64,000 nucleotides of DNA from an uncultured Gemmatimonadales bacterium (GTDB lineage Bacteria; Gemmatimonadota; Gemmatimonadetes; Gemmatimonadales; GWC2-71-9), in the NCBI GenBank assembly GCA_963724265.1, contig CAVRTU010000005.1, positions 638,041-702,040 on the forward strand. Reading direction: 5' to 3'. Numbering within the stretch: position 1 is the first letter of the stretch; every line of letters begins with the position of its first letter. Below are positions 9,857-20,534 of the stretch, piece by piece. The notes under the pieces were generated by a model that had not been told where the DNA came from, made no database searches, and worked only from the letters and a program-made list of their open reading frames with translations. Made by a program: the position numbers and the translations under genes.

Positions 9857-10359
9857 AGGCCCGGTATCGGCATGCTGAGGGTGGCGCTCGCGCCGTGCGG
9901 CAAGGCCTGGACCTGGAGATCACCAGGGAAGTCCCAGAGGTGCGACGAGACGTAGGCTTCCATGGCCGAGAGGAGATGATTGGCCACCAGGATGACGATC
10001 CAGTCCTGCTGCTGCTGTTTCAATTGAGCGACCTTGCCGCTGTTGATGCTCTCGTAGTAGTTCAGGGTCACCGTCGTGTTGACCACCATGCCGAGCGCCA
10101 GCCCCTCCACCCCCACGAAGATCCCGCCGCTCAGTCGCCGACCCAGCTTCGCCTGGCCCCATCCCGGAATGAGCAGCGAGCGCCAGAAGGCCGACATCGG
10201 CTTGATGTATCGGCGGGCGGAATCGGACTGGGCGGGAGAAGCGGCCGGGGCGGAAGGGGTGGGCGCCGCGGCTGAGTCCTGCGCGGGCAGGCGCCCCGGA
10301 GCACCGACGAGCAGCAGCACTCCCGCCAGGATCGCCGCTCCCGCCGCTACCGCCCTCAT
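9853..10359 (-). CDS. Small membrane protein, DUF5683-like (tentative)
   Basis: Intact 168-aa ORF with an N-terminal signal/TM segment, SLLIPGWGQAKLGRRL and further hydrophobic helices. Confidence 0.45.
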   Translation of the reverse strand: MRAVAAGAAILAGVLLLVGAPGRLPAQDSAAAPTPSAPAASPAQSDSARRYIKPMSAFWRSLLIPGWGQAKLGRRLSGGIFVGVEGLALGMVVNTTVTLNYYESINSGKVAQLKQQQQDWIVILVANHLLSAMEAYVSSHLWDFPGDLQVQALPHGASATLSMPIPGL

Positions 10360-11392
10360 CCACGATCTCCCCGATCGCCGCCAGCAATCCGTCCACGTCC
10401 TCTTCGGTCGTGTCCCAGGAGCACATCCAGCGGACCTCCGAGGTCCGCTCGTTCCAGACGAGGAATCCGAAGCGATCCTGCAGTGATGGAATGTACTCCG
10501 GAGGAACGATCGCGAAGACCGCGTTGGACTCGACCGGCTGGGTGATCCGGATCCGGGGATGATCCTTCAAGCCGTCCGCCGAGGCGGCGGGCCATGGCGT
10601 TGGCCCGGGCGGCACTCCGCTGCCAGAGCCCGTCCTCCAGAAGGGCGATGAACTGGGCCGACAAGGAACCGCATCTTCGAGGCGAGTTGCATCGCCTGCT
10701 TCCGGAGGTACCTGGGCTCCGGCACCGCTGCTCTGACCCAGGAACACGACCGCCTCGGCACCCAGCAGGCCGTTCTTGGTGCCACCGAACGAAAGGGCAT
10801 CGATTCCGGCGTCGGTGGTCAGGGCCCGCAGCGGCACGCCCAGCGAGGCCGCCGCGTTGGCCAGGCGCGCCCCATCCATGTGAATCAGCAGTCCGTGGGC
10901 GTGCGCTGCCGTCGGCCAGGGCGCGCAACTCGCCGGCGGTGTACACGGTGCCCAGCTCGGTGGCCTGGGAGACACTGACCACGCGCGGCTGTACGCGATG
11001 CTCGTCGCCCGATTCCCCGGATGGCCTGCTCCACGTCAGCCGGCCGCAGCTTCCCGTCGGCCGTGGGGACACCGATCAGCTTGCACGCCGAGGAACCGCT
11101 CGGGCGCGCCGCATTCGTCCACGCTGATGTGGGCGCCTGCCGGGCAGATGACCGCCTCCCAGGGTCGGAGCAGGGCGCCCAGCGCCACCACGTTGGCCCC
11201 GGTCCCGCCGAAGACGAGGATAGACCTCCGCCTCCGGGCCCAGCTCGGCCCGGAAGAGTTCGACGCGCGGGCGGTCCAGCGATCGGCGCCGTACGAAGGG
11301 GCGTGACCGACGTTCGCCTCGGCGATGGCCCGGATGACCTCGGGGTGGGCCCCGGCGAAGTTGTCGCTCGCGAAGTGGCGTGACGGGGACAT
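10353..11392 (-). CDS. ltaE: Low-specificity L-threonine aldolase; frameshifted
   Basis: FASDNFAGAHPEVIRAIAEANVGHAPSYGADRWT, VFGGTGANVVALGALLRPWEAVICPAGAHISVDECGAPE, HAHGLLIHMDGARLANAAASLG..DALSFGGTKNGLLGAEAVVF and VWNERTSEVRWMCSWDTTEEDVD are ordered threonine-aldolase blocks in three frames. The 3' end is uncertain (ATGA overlap at 10353-10359). Confidence 0.8.
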
Positions 11393-12289
11393 CAGGCGGC
11401 GAGGAGGACCGGGAGGGCGGCAGGGGCCATGTCGATGGTGACCGGCCCGCTGTGGGTGCGGAGCTCACCATCGAGCTGCGCGACGAGGGGCTGACCGTCG
11501 ACCGCCTGCACCAGCAGGCGGGTCGCCTGAAACATCCGGACGCCCGACAGCCCGCCGTGCCAGCCCAGCATCGCCAGCGGCAGCTTGCCCAGGAAGCCGA
11601 ACAGGCCCAGGCGCCGGATGGCGCAGACGTCGAAGAGCCCGTCGTCGGGCCTGGCATGCGGTGTCAGCCGGAAGCCGCCCCCGACGATGTTGCCGATTCC
11701 GACTTCGAGCAGCAGTGTGGGCTCGCGGAAGGACACGCCATCCCCTTCGACCTGGATCATGGGGGCGTCGAAGGCGCGGAAGGTGGCAAAGGCGGCCAGC
11801 GAGGTAGGCCGGGGCACCGCGCAACCGGCGGTAGCCGCCTACCCGTCGCGCCACCTCCGCGTCGAAGCCGATGCCGATGCTGTTGATGAAGTACTCGCCC
11901 CAGGCCAGGCCGGCGTCGAGCCGGACCACCCGCGCGTGGGCCAGCCGGTGCACGGCCTCGTCCACGCCGGCCCGATAGGTGCCGGAGAGCTTGGCGTAGT
12001 CGTTCCCGGTGCCGCTGGGAATCACGCCGAGGGCCGGCCGCTGGTCCGGTGGAAGGGCGAGGATGCCGTTGGCCGCCTCGTGCACCGTGCCGTCGCCGCC
12101 GAGCGCGAGGACGCGTGTGCACCCGTCAGCGCCGGCCCGCCGCGCCAGCTCGACGCCCTCACCTGGGGCCGTGGTGACGGCCACACGCACTTCCCGCCAG
12201 TGCCGGGCGCAGGCTTCGCGCGCCGCATCCAGCAGCCGGCCGGCTCGCCCATGGCCCGCGACAGGGTTGACGAGAAGCAGAGTGGACAT
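11392..12289 (-). CDS. Diacylglycerol kinase-family lipid kinase (YegS/BmrU type); one frame break
   Basis: LLVNPVAGHGRAGRLL..VLALGGDGTVHEAANGI..LGVIPSGTGNDYAK (11465..12289 frame), then ..MIQVEGDGVSFREPTLLLEVGIGNIVGGGFRLTPHARPDDGLFDVC (11392..11817 frame). 898 nt = 3n+1. Confidence 0.8.
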
Positions 12290-12350
12290 TGGGCTCCCTC
12301 GTCAGGGTGCGGGAGGTCCTAGAAGGACTCCCTGGCGGTCGCGGGAGCGG

Positions 12351-12448
12351 TGGCGGGAGTGCGTGGGAATCGAACCCACCGGAGCCGCCGAAGGCGTCTC
12401 CATCACGGTTTTGAGGACCGGCCGGACCACCAGGCCCGATCCACTCCC
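12351..12448 (-). tRNA. selC: tRNA-Sec (anticodon UCA)
   Basis: Minus-strand read: GGGAGTGG-AT-CGGGCC-TGGT-GGTCCG-G-CCGGT-CCTCAAA-ACCGT-GAT-GGAGACGCC-TTCG-GCGGCTCC-G-GTGGG-TTCGATT-CCCAC-GCACTCCC-G-CCA. It has an 8-nt acceptor arm plus 5-bp T stem, a 6-bp D stem closed by a 4-nt loop, TCA at positions 34-36, a long extra arm and an encoded CCA. Oddities are C33, a G:G at the eighth acceptor pair and a weak top of the anticodon stem. Confidence 0.75.
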
Positions 12449-12457
12449 CTCCGCCCG

Positions 12458-12842
12458 CTAGCGGGTCGCGACGACGTCGATCTCCACCCGCACGCCGCGC
12501 GGCAGGGCCGCGACGGCGACGGTCGAGCGGGCCGGCTTGTGATCGCCGAACGCCTGCTGGTAGACCTCGTTCATCGAAGGGAAGTCGGTCATGTCCACCA
12601 GGAACACGGTGGTCTTGACCACCTTCGAGAGGCTGGACCCGGCCGCGGCCGAGCACCGCCTGCAGGTTGGCCAGCACCTGCGCGGTCTGCTCGCGGATCC
12701 CCCCCTTGACACCTCCATCGAGGCGGGATCGAGGGCGATCTGGCCGGCGGTGAAGATGAGCTCGCCGATCGACCAGGGCCTGGCTGTAGGGACCGATGGC
12801 CTTGGGGGCGTTGTCGGTGGAAACGATGCTCGGCTGGGTCAT
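12458..12842 (-). CDS. ridA: RidA/YjgF family reactive-intermediate deaminase; frameshifted
   Basis: MTQPSIVSTDNAPKAIGPYSQAL (12159..12842 frame), ..GGIREQTAQVLANLQAVLG.. and SLSKVVKTTVFLVDMTDFPSMNEVYQQAFGDHKPARSTVAVAALPRGVRVEIDVVA (12458..12718 frame). Confidence 0.85.
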
Positions 12843-12850
12843 GGTCTCCT

Positions 12851-14531
12851 CTAGAAGAGTCCTTCGATGCGGCCATCGGGATGCACCCGGATGTTCTCGG
12901 CGGACGGGGTCTTGCTGAGCCCCGGCATGGTCATGATCTCTCCGGCCAGCGCGACGACGAATCCGGCACCGGCGGAGGGGTAGACGTCGCGTACCGTCAG
13001 CTTGATAGCCCGATCGGGCGCCCGAGCTTGGTCGGATCGTCGCTGAAGGAATACTGGGTCTTGGCCATGCAGACCGGCGTCTGCCCCATGCCCATCTCCT
13101 CGCACTGCGCGATCGCCTTCTCGGCGGTGGCGGAGTAGGTCACGCCGTCAGCGCCGTAGATCTCCGGTGGCGATGGCCTCGATCTTCTTCTTGATCGGCA
13201 GCGCGGTGTCGTAGAGCGGCTTGAAGTCGGCCTTCCCCTCGGCCAGCGCCGCGAGGACTTCCCGCCCCACCGCCTCGCCCCCCTCGCCGCCCTTGGCCCA
13301 GACGTCGGACAGCGCCGCGCGGGCACCCCATGCCTTGCAGGCGGACAGCACCGCCTCCTGCTCCTCCGGCGTGTCGCTGAGGAAGCGGTTCAGCGCCACG
13401 ATCACCGGGCACGCCGAACTTCTTCACGTTCTCCACGTGGCCCTGCGAGGTTGACCATGCCGCGCTTGAGCGCGGCGACGTCGGGCGTGCCGAGCTGATC
13501 CTTCTTCACGCCGCCGTGCATCTTGAGCGCCCGGATGGTGGCGACGACGACCGCCGCCTCGGGCCGGAGCCCGCCGAACCGGCACTTGATGTCGAAGAAC
13601 TTCTCGGCGCCGAGGTCGGCGCCGAACCCGGCCTCGGTCAGCACCAGGTCGGCCAGCGAGAGCGCCGAGCCGGGTGGCGGCGATCGAGTTGCAGCCGTGG
13701 GCGATGTTGCCGAACGGGCCGCCGTGGACCAGCGCGGGGCCGCCCTCCAGGGTCTGCACCAGGTTGGGCAGGATCGCGTCCTTGAGCAGCAGCGTCATGG
13801 CGCCGGCGGCCTTGAGGTCGCCCGCGGTCACCGGCTTCCGGTCGCGGGTCAGGCCCGACGATGATCCGCGAGATCCGCTGCTCGAGATCGGCGAGATCCT
13901 TCGAGAGGCAGAGGATCGCCATGATCTCGCTGCCCGGCACGATGACGAACCGCTCCTCGCGGCTGGGCCCGCCGTTCAGGCCGCCGAGGCCGACGACGAT
14001 CTGGCGCAGCGCGCGGTCATTCATGTCGATGGTGCGGGGCCAGGTGATCCGGCGGGTGTCGAGGCCCAGGGCGTTGCCGTGGTGCAGGTGGTTGTCCAGC
14101 ATCGCGGACAGGAGGTTGTGCGCCGAGGTGATGGCGTGGAAGTCCCCGGTGAAATGGAGATTGATCTCGTCCATCGGCACGACCTGCGCATAGCCGCCGC
14201 CCGCCGCGCCGCCCTTCACCCCGAACACCGGTCCCAGCGAGGGCTCGCGGATGGCCACGATGACCTTCTTGCCCATCCGGCGGAGCGCCTGGGCCAGGCC
14301 CACCGTCACGGTCGACTTCCCTTCGCCGGCGGGCGTCGGGTTGATGCCGGTGACCAGCACCAGCTTCCCCTTGGGCGTGCGGGCCGCCACGGCTTCCGCC
14401 GAGATCTTGGCCTTGTAGCGTCCGTAGGGCAGGATTTCGTCGGGGCCAAGCCCGATCTCGGCGGCGACGTCGGCGATGGGCCGCATCTTGGCCGCCTGGG
14501 CGATCGCGATGTCGGTGGGAACGGAGGTCAC
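12851..14531 (-). CDS. fhs: Formate--tetrahydrofolate ligase; frameshifted
   Basis: [84 protein letters not shown] (13638..14531), then [69 protein letters not shown] and [19 protein letters not shown] in alternating frames. Confidence 0.9.
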
Positions 14532-14568
14532 GGAAGTCGGCTCCGGAGTGAGTGTCTGGTGGCGAGAG

Positions 14569-15386
14569 TCAGGAGGAACGCCTAACAGTTACGGGGAGAC
14601 TGCTCCCGGGGCAAGGGCCACGCGGCGCCCGAAACAGCGGGTCGCGTTGTCCGTGGTGGCAGCACTCATCTCCTCCACCGACAGGCCCCGAACAGCAGCC
14701 AGGCGCGCGGCGGTGTGGCTCACAAAGGCCGGCTCGTTGCGCTTGCCCCGATGCGGGCACCGGGGCCAGGTAGGGAGCGTCGGTCTCCACCAGCAGGCGG
14801 TCCATCGGCACCGCCATGATGGCCTCGTCGAGGCGCCAGTTCCGGAAGGTGATCATCCCGCTGAACGAGAAGTAGTGCCCCAGGCGAAGGCCGGCCTCGA
14901 GCAGGCCGGGCCCGCTGCTGAAGGAGTGGAGGATGCAGCGGACACGCCGGGAAGTCGGCCAGCACCGCCGCCACGTCGTCGTCGGCCTCGCGGGCGTGGA
15001 TCACGGCCGGCTTGCCGGCGCGGCCCGCCAGCGTCCAGCTGGGCGGCGAAGACTTCACGCTGGCGCGGCCGGGGCGAGTGATCGTAGTGGTAGTCGAGCC
15101 CCATCTCGCCGGCGGCGACGACCCGGTCGTCCGCGAGGGCCGCTTCGAGCCAGGCCGCCGTCTCGTCGCTCCAGGCCGCGGCCTCGTGCGGATGGAGCCC
15201 GGCGGTGGCCGACAGCTGCGGGATGCCGGGCGGCCAGTGCCAGCGCCTTGGCAGCGGTGGCCGGAGTCTCCCCGATGACCACCAGGTGACCGACCCCGGC
15301 CGCCCGGGCCCGCTGCGACCACCTCGTCGGCATCGGCGTCGAATGCCGGGTCGGCGAGGTGGCAGTGGGTGTCGATCGAGCGGACG
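14569..15386 (-). CDS. tatD: TatD-family metal-dependent hydrolase; frameshifted, start unresolved
   Basis: [71 protein letters not shown] and [34 protein letters not shown] lie in several frames. No clean start codon is seen just 5' of IDTHCHL. Confidence 0.75.
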
Positions 15387-15389
15387 TCG

Positions 15390-16370
15390 TTACGGCCCCT
15401 TGCGGCGCCTTCCGCGATCGGGGCGGCCGACGGCCGCCTTGGCCCCGCGGGCGTCGGCCCCGGGCCACCGCTTCTCGATGGCCATCAGCACCGGGCCGGC
15501 GATGTAGATCGAGGAGAAGGTGCCGGTGAAGACGCCGAAGAACATCACCAGGGCGAAGGGCCGGATCACCTCGCCGCCGAAGACCGCCAGGGCGAGCAGC
15601 GTCGAGAGCGTGGTCCCGTGGGTCAGGATGCTCCGCGGCAGCGTCTCGTTGATCGAGCGGTTCAGGATGTCGCTCGAAGTGATCGCGCTTGTACTTGTGC
15701 AGGTTCTCGCGGACCCGGTCGAAGATGATGATCGTGTCGTTGAGCGAGTAGCCCGACCATCGAGAGCACGGCGCCGACCACGACCAGGCTCACCTCGAGG
15801 CGCATGACGCGATGAAGGCGACGGTGGTCAGGATGTCGTGCGCCGTGGCGACCACGGCCGCGAGCCCGAACCGCCACTCGAACCGCCAGGCCAGGTAGGC
15901 CAGCACCGCGAAGAACGAGTAGGAAGATGGCCAGGAAGGCCTTCTGCCGGAGCTCGCCGCCCACCTTGGGGCCGACCGCCTCGGTGCGCATCGACCGTGT
16001 AGGTCCCGGCGCCCAGGGCGCCGTCGAGCGCGCGGCTCACCGCCGCCGGCGGCGGCCTGGGTGTTGTCGGCGTTGGCGTCGGTGGCCGCCAGGCGGGCCC
16101 GGATCACGAACTCCTGGGCGCAGCCGAACGACTGGATCTCGGCGCCCTTGAGCCCCTGGGCGTCGAGCGCCGGCGCGGATCGCGCCGGCATCCATCGGCT
16201 TGGTGGTCTCGATCTGGACCAGGGTGCCGCCGGTGAACTCGATGCTGTAGTTGAGCCCGTGACGACCAGCGACAGCGATGCCCGAGGACGAGGATCGCCC
16301 CGGTGACCGCGTAGGCGTATCCGGCGGAACCCGATGAAGTCGTAGTTGGCGTTGGCGAAGAAGCGCATCA
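15390..16370 (-). CDS. secF: Protein translocase subunit SecF; frameshifted
   Basis: MMRFFANANYDFIGFRR start. LAYLAWRFEWRFGLAAVVATAHDILTTVAF, SLVVVGAVLSMVGYSLNDTIIIFDRVREN (reconstructed across a break) and ..FALVMFFGVFTGTFSSIYIAGPVLMAIE. TAA at 15390-15392. Confidence 0.8.
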
Positions 16371-16372
16371 TG

Positions 16373-18043
16373 GTCAGATGCTCAGCGTGGTCATGGTCGG
16401 GCCGCCGGTTCAGCCAGATCATGAAGAAGGTCCGGGTCACGAAGACCGCGGTGATCATCGAGGCGATGATGCCCATGGTGAGGGTCACCGCGAAGCCCTT
16501 GACCGGGCCGGTGCCGAACTGGAAGAGGAAGAGCGCCGTCAGCACGGTGCTGACGTTGGAGTCGATGATGGCGTTCATGGCGTGCTTGAAGCCCTCGTCG
16601 ATCGAGAGCCGCACCGTCTTGCCGCGGGCCAGCTCCTCGCGGATCCGCTCGAAGATCAGCACGTTGGCGTCCACCGCGATGCCGATCGAGAGCACGATGC
16701 CGGCGACGCCCGGCAGCGTCAGGGTGGCCCCGATCATCGCCAGGCCGCCGATGGTGAAGAGGATGTAGAGGCCCAGCGCGGCGACGGCCAGCACTCCGCT
16801 CAGGCGGTAGTACCCCATCATGATCAGGATCACGAGCGACGGTGCCGACCAGCCCGGCGAGGATGCCCTTGCGGATCGAGTCGGCGCCGAGGCTCGCTCC
16901 GACCTCGCGGCTCGTCGACGATCTTGAGCGGCACCGGGAGGGCGCCGGCCTTGAGCGTGAGCGCCAGGTCCTGGGCCTCCTGCATCGTCTTGTTGCCCAG
17001 GGTGATCTGGCCCCGGCGGTCGATCCGGCCCTGGATGACCGGCGGCTGGCCCTGCACCCGGTCGTCGAGCAGGATCGCCATGTAGTCGCCGATGTGCTGG
17101 CCGGTGCCCTGCGCCGAACTTCCGCCCGCCGGCGCGGTCCAGCTCGAAGGTGACGATCGGGCCGCTGGTCAGCGGGTCGATCTCGGCCTTGGCGTCCACC
17201 AGGCTCGAGCCGGTGATGAGCGGCCGGTCCTCCAGCGCGTAGAGCGGCCGGTACGACTGGACCCGCACGCTGAGCGGCGCCGCCGCCCAGCGCAGCACGA
17301 TGTCGCGCGGGCAGGAGCGCGCGCCACCTCGGGCAGGCGGAGCAGGCTGTCCACCCGCGGGAAGGCGCCGACTCGGGCACGAGGTACTCGCCCGGGACGT
17401 GGCGAGCCGACGCTGGCGGCCGGGCTGGATCAGCTGGCTAGATCTCGCCGGCGGCCTGCGGCCGTGTCGGCCCTTCTTGGCGGAGTCACCCTGGAGCAGC
17501 TGGGTCACGGCGCTGGGCGCCGACGGCTTGGCGGCGGTGTCCGACGGTGACGCCCAGCGCTCCGCAGCACCCGGTCCATCGACGGGCAGCGCCTTGTCGA
17601 GCGCCCCGGTCCGGTCGGTGATCCGGAACTCGAGGAAGGCGCTCCGCTGCACGATGGCCATGGCGCGGACCGGGTCGGCGACGCCGGCCAGCTCGACCAC
17701 GATCCGGTCTTGCCCGCCTTCTGGATCACCGGCTCGGTGACGCCGAACTCGTCGATCCGCTTGCGGAGCACGGTGAGGGCGAGGTCGATGTCGCGCTTCG
17801 GGTCGGCCGAGACCTGCTGCGACTGGTCCAGCTCGAGGCCGAGGTGCATGCCGCCCTGCAGGTCGAGGCCCCGCTTGAGCGGCACCCGGGTCATCGACCG
17901 TGTCCCGCATCTGCGCCGTCGGGGCCCCGCTCGCGAATCGTCTGGCTGCGCGGGAAGAGGGAGAAGACCGAGGCGGCCACCAGCAGGCCGATGACGATGA
18001 GGCGGTTGCGAAGAGTCTGGATGAACATCAGTCGATTGAGCAT
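16373..18043 (-). CDS. secD: Protein translocase subunit SecD; heavily frameshifted
   Basis: [27 protein letters not shown] start, [128 protein letters not shown] and [68 protein letters not shown], distributed over all three frames. Confidence 0.85.
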
Positions 18044-18102
18044 CCGGGTCCGAAGGATTCCGGCGCGGCCGCGGCCGAACGCCGCCCGGGCCTGCGGCGC
18101 GA

Positions 18103-18992
18103 TCACGCTCCAACTGCGCCTGCAGCGTCGTCGGGCGACGCGAAGCGCCGCACGTCGCGCAGCCGGGCCACCCACTCCACCTTCACCCACTCGCCGTACA
18201 GGTCGCCGGCGAAGTCGAACAGGTGCACCTCGACCCCGCGGGCCGTGTCGCCGAACGTCGGGCGCGGCCCCTGGTTCAGCATCCCGGCCGCCCGGCCGCC
18301 GCGCCATTCGACCCAGACGGCGTACACCCCGTCGGGCGGCAGCAGCTTCCGGGCGGGAACACCACGCCAGGTTGAGCGGTCGGGATCCCGATGCTCCGGC
18401 CCCGCGCCCGCCGCCCGGCACCACCCGCCCGCTCGACCGAGTAGGGCCGGCCCAGCAGCCGGGCCGCGGTGGCCAGGTCGCCCCCGGCGACCGCCCGGCG
18501 GATCTGGGTGCTCGACACCGGGTGCCCGCCGACCTCGACCGGGCGGCACCACGTCCACCGCGAATCCGTGCCGCTGGCCCAGCGACTTGAGCGTCTCGAC
18601 GTCGCCGCTGCGGGCCCGGCCGAAGCCGTGGTCGTGCCCGATGACCAGCTCCCGCATTCCGCAGCGGCCGATCAGGACTTCCCGCACGAATCGCTCCGGG
18701 CTGTACGAGCGCCAGCTCGCCGGTCGAACCGGAGGAAGCACCGCGTAGTCGAGGCCGGTCTGGGCCAGGATCTCGCGCCGCTCCGCCGCGGTCGTCAGGA
18801 GCGAGCGGCGCCGCCTGGGGGTTGACCACCTCGAGCGGGTGCGGCTCGAAGGTGACCAGCACGCTCTGCCGCCCCGCCGCCCTGGCCCGCGCCACGATCT
18901 CGAGCAGCACCGCCTGATGTCCCCGGTGCACGCCGTCGAAGGTGCCGACGGTGACCGTGGTGCCCTCGGGCGAGTCGGGCAGGAAGCCTCAT
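18103..18992 (-). CDS. ribF: Bifunctional riboflavin kinase / FMN adenylyltransferase; frameshifted
   Basis: [91 protein letters not shown] and [63 protein letters not shown] 18990-18992 overlaps the truB stop (ATGA). An extra G in GGG 18977-18979 breaks the frame after codon 5. Confidence 0.85.
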
Positions 18993-19860
18993 CCCGCCGG
19001 CCTCCAGCACCACGACGGGGCGGCAGCCGTCTCGCCGTCGGATTCCGCCACGGCGACCAGGCGCCCGCCATGCACCAGCAGCACGACTCGCCCCTCGTGC
19101 CCGACTCTGCCCCGCCAACGGCCCGCCCGTGCCCCACCGCGACCAGCTTCCGCCTCGCTCGAGCTCGCGCACCGGCCAGCCGGCGCGAGCACCGCGCTGC
19201 GGCGGCAGCAGCGCCGTGCGCCGGGCCGACCGACTCGAGCGGCACCGCGTCCTCGACCCGGAGCGAACCGATCGCCTCGCGACGCAGCGCCACCAGGTGG
19301 GCCGCGCCGCCGAGCCGCTCGCCCAGGTCGCGCGCGATGGCGCGCAGGTAGGTGCCGGCGCTCACCGTGGCGCGGAAGGTCACCTGGTCCCCCTCGATCC
19401 CGACCAGGTCGATCGCGTGCACCGTCACCTCCACGTCGGGCAGCTCGGGCGCGCGCACCGCGGCGCGCCAGCTCGTAGCTGCGCCGTCCGGCCACCTTCT
19501 TGGCCGAGTAGGCCGGCGGCCGCTGCCGGTAGGTCCCGAGGAAGCCGGCCAGCGCCGCGGCGATCTGCCGCCGGCGCCGGGCTCCAGTCCGCCGGCGCCT
19601 CGCGCGACCGGCTCGCCGGTCAGGTCGTCGGTGTCGGTCGCCGACGCCCAGGCGCGCCGTGGCCAGGTAGGTCTTGGCCTCGCGCCTCGACGAACCGCGC
19701 CAGCCGGGTCGCCCGCCCGACCAGGACCACCAGGAGGCCGGTGGCGAACGGATCCAGCGTGCCGGTGTGCCCCACCGCCCGGATCTTGCAGCGCCCGCCG
19801 GACCCGGGCGACCACGTCGTGCGACGTGAGGCCGGCCGGCTTGTCCACCAGCAGCGCGCC
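18989..19860 (-). CDS. truB: tRNA pseudouridine(55) synthase TruB; frameshifted, start approximate
   Basis: LLVDKPAGLTSHDVVARVRRAL then (other frames) HTGTLDPFATG-type block, and VTVHAIDLVGIEGDQVTFRATVSAGTYLRAIARDLGERLGGAAHLVALRREAIGSL. The 5' end abuts the rbfA stop and no unambiguous start codon is present. Confidence 0.8.
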
Positions 19861-19862
19861 GG

Positions 19863-20222
19863 TCAGTCGCCGCCCTCGCGCTTCAGCTCGTCCAGCACCG
19901 CGTTGATCCGGGCCGCGTGCTCCAGCCCGCGATCGAGCTCGAAGTGGAGCTCGGGCACCGTCCGGGTGCTGAGCGCCCGGGTGAGCTTGCTGCGCAGGAA
20001 GCCGGCGGCGCTCCGCAGCCCCTCGAGGGCCCGCGTCTTCTCGGCCTCGTCGCCCATCACGCTGACCGACACGGTCGCGTGCGAGAGGTCGTTGGTGACC
20101 TTCACCCCGGTCACCGTCACGAACCCCACCCGCGGGTCGCGCACCTCGTGCACCAGCGCGTCGGCCACCACCTGGCGGACCGTCTCCGCCACCTGTTCCG
20201 GCCGCCGCGACTGCGCTCTCAT
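19863..20222 (-). CDS. rbfA: Ribosome-binding factor A
   Basis: Intact 119-aa reading from ATG 20222: [57 protein letters not shown]. Canonical position after infB. Confidence 0.9.
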   Translation of the reverse strand: MRAQSRRPEQVAETVRQVVADALVHEVRDPRVGFVTVTGVKVTNDLSHATVSVSVMGDEAEKTRALEGLRSAAGFLRSKLTRALSTRTVPELHFELDRGLEHAARINAVLDELKREGGD

Positions 20223-20524
20223 CGCCAGCTCACCACCGTCTCGATGATGCGCGCGCCGTCGGCTTCCTCGACCAGCCGGTCGGCGGCACGCAGCGTTTCC
20301 TCGACCGACGTCCGGTCGCTGCCCACCACGGCGCAGCTGAGCGCCGCCCGCTGCCACAGGTCCTGGTCGCCCGTCTCCGCGACCGAGCAGTTGAGCGCCC
20401 GGCGGAGCCGCGCCTTGAGCGACTGCACGATGGACCGCTTGTCCTTGAGCGACTGACAACCTTCGAGGTGCAGGTGCCAGGTCTGGATGGCGGCGATCAC
20501 CATGGTCGTTCGCGCGTCGCTCAC
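20219..20524 (-). CDS. DUF503 (YlxP-like) protein
   Basis: Intact 101-aa [48 protein letters not shown] matches the DUF503 pattern. Sits between infB and rbfA. Confidence 0.75.
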   Translation of the reverse strand: MSDARTTMVIAAIQTWHLHLEGCQSLKDKRSIVQSLKARLRRALNCSVAETGDQDLWQRAALSCAVVGSDRTSVEETLRAADRLVEEADGARIIETVVSWR

Positions 20525-20534
20525 GGCACCCCGG

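Noticed and set aside
12331-12350. Partial direct repeat of the tRNA-Sec 3' end (CTCCCGC.A) immediately downstream, a possible att remnant of an integrated element
   Set aside because: The match is only about 8 of 10 nt in GC-rich sequence. Both flanks are housekeeping genes (ridA and a lipid kinase), and no integrase or foreign-looking genes are present.
12351-12448. Alternative reading of the tRNA as a type-II tRNA-Ser or tRNA-Leu (long extra arm; CAA also readable in the loop)
   Set aside because: The 6-bp D stem with a 4-nt loop, and the 13 stacked pairs of acceptor plus T arm, do not fit Ser or Leu tRNAs. Those have 3-4-bp D stems with large loops. The stem register places TCA at positions 34-36.
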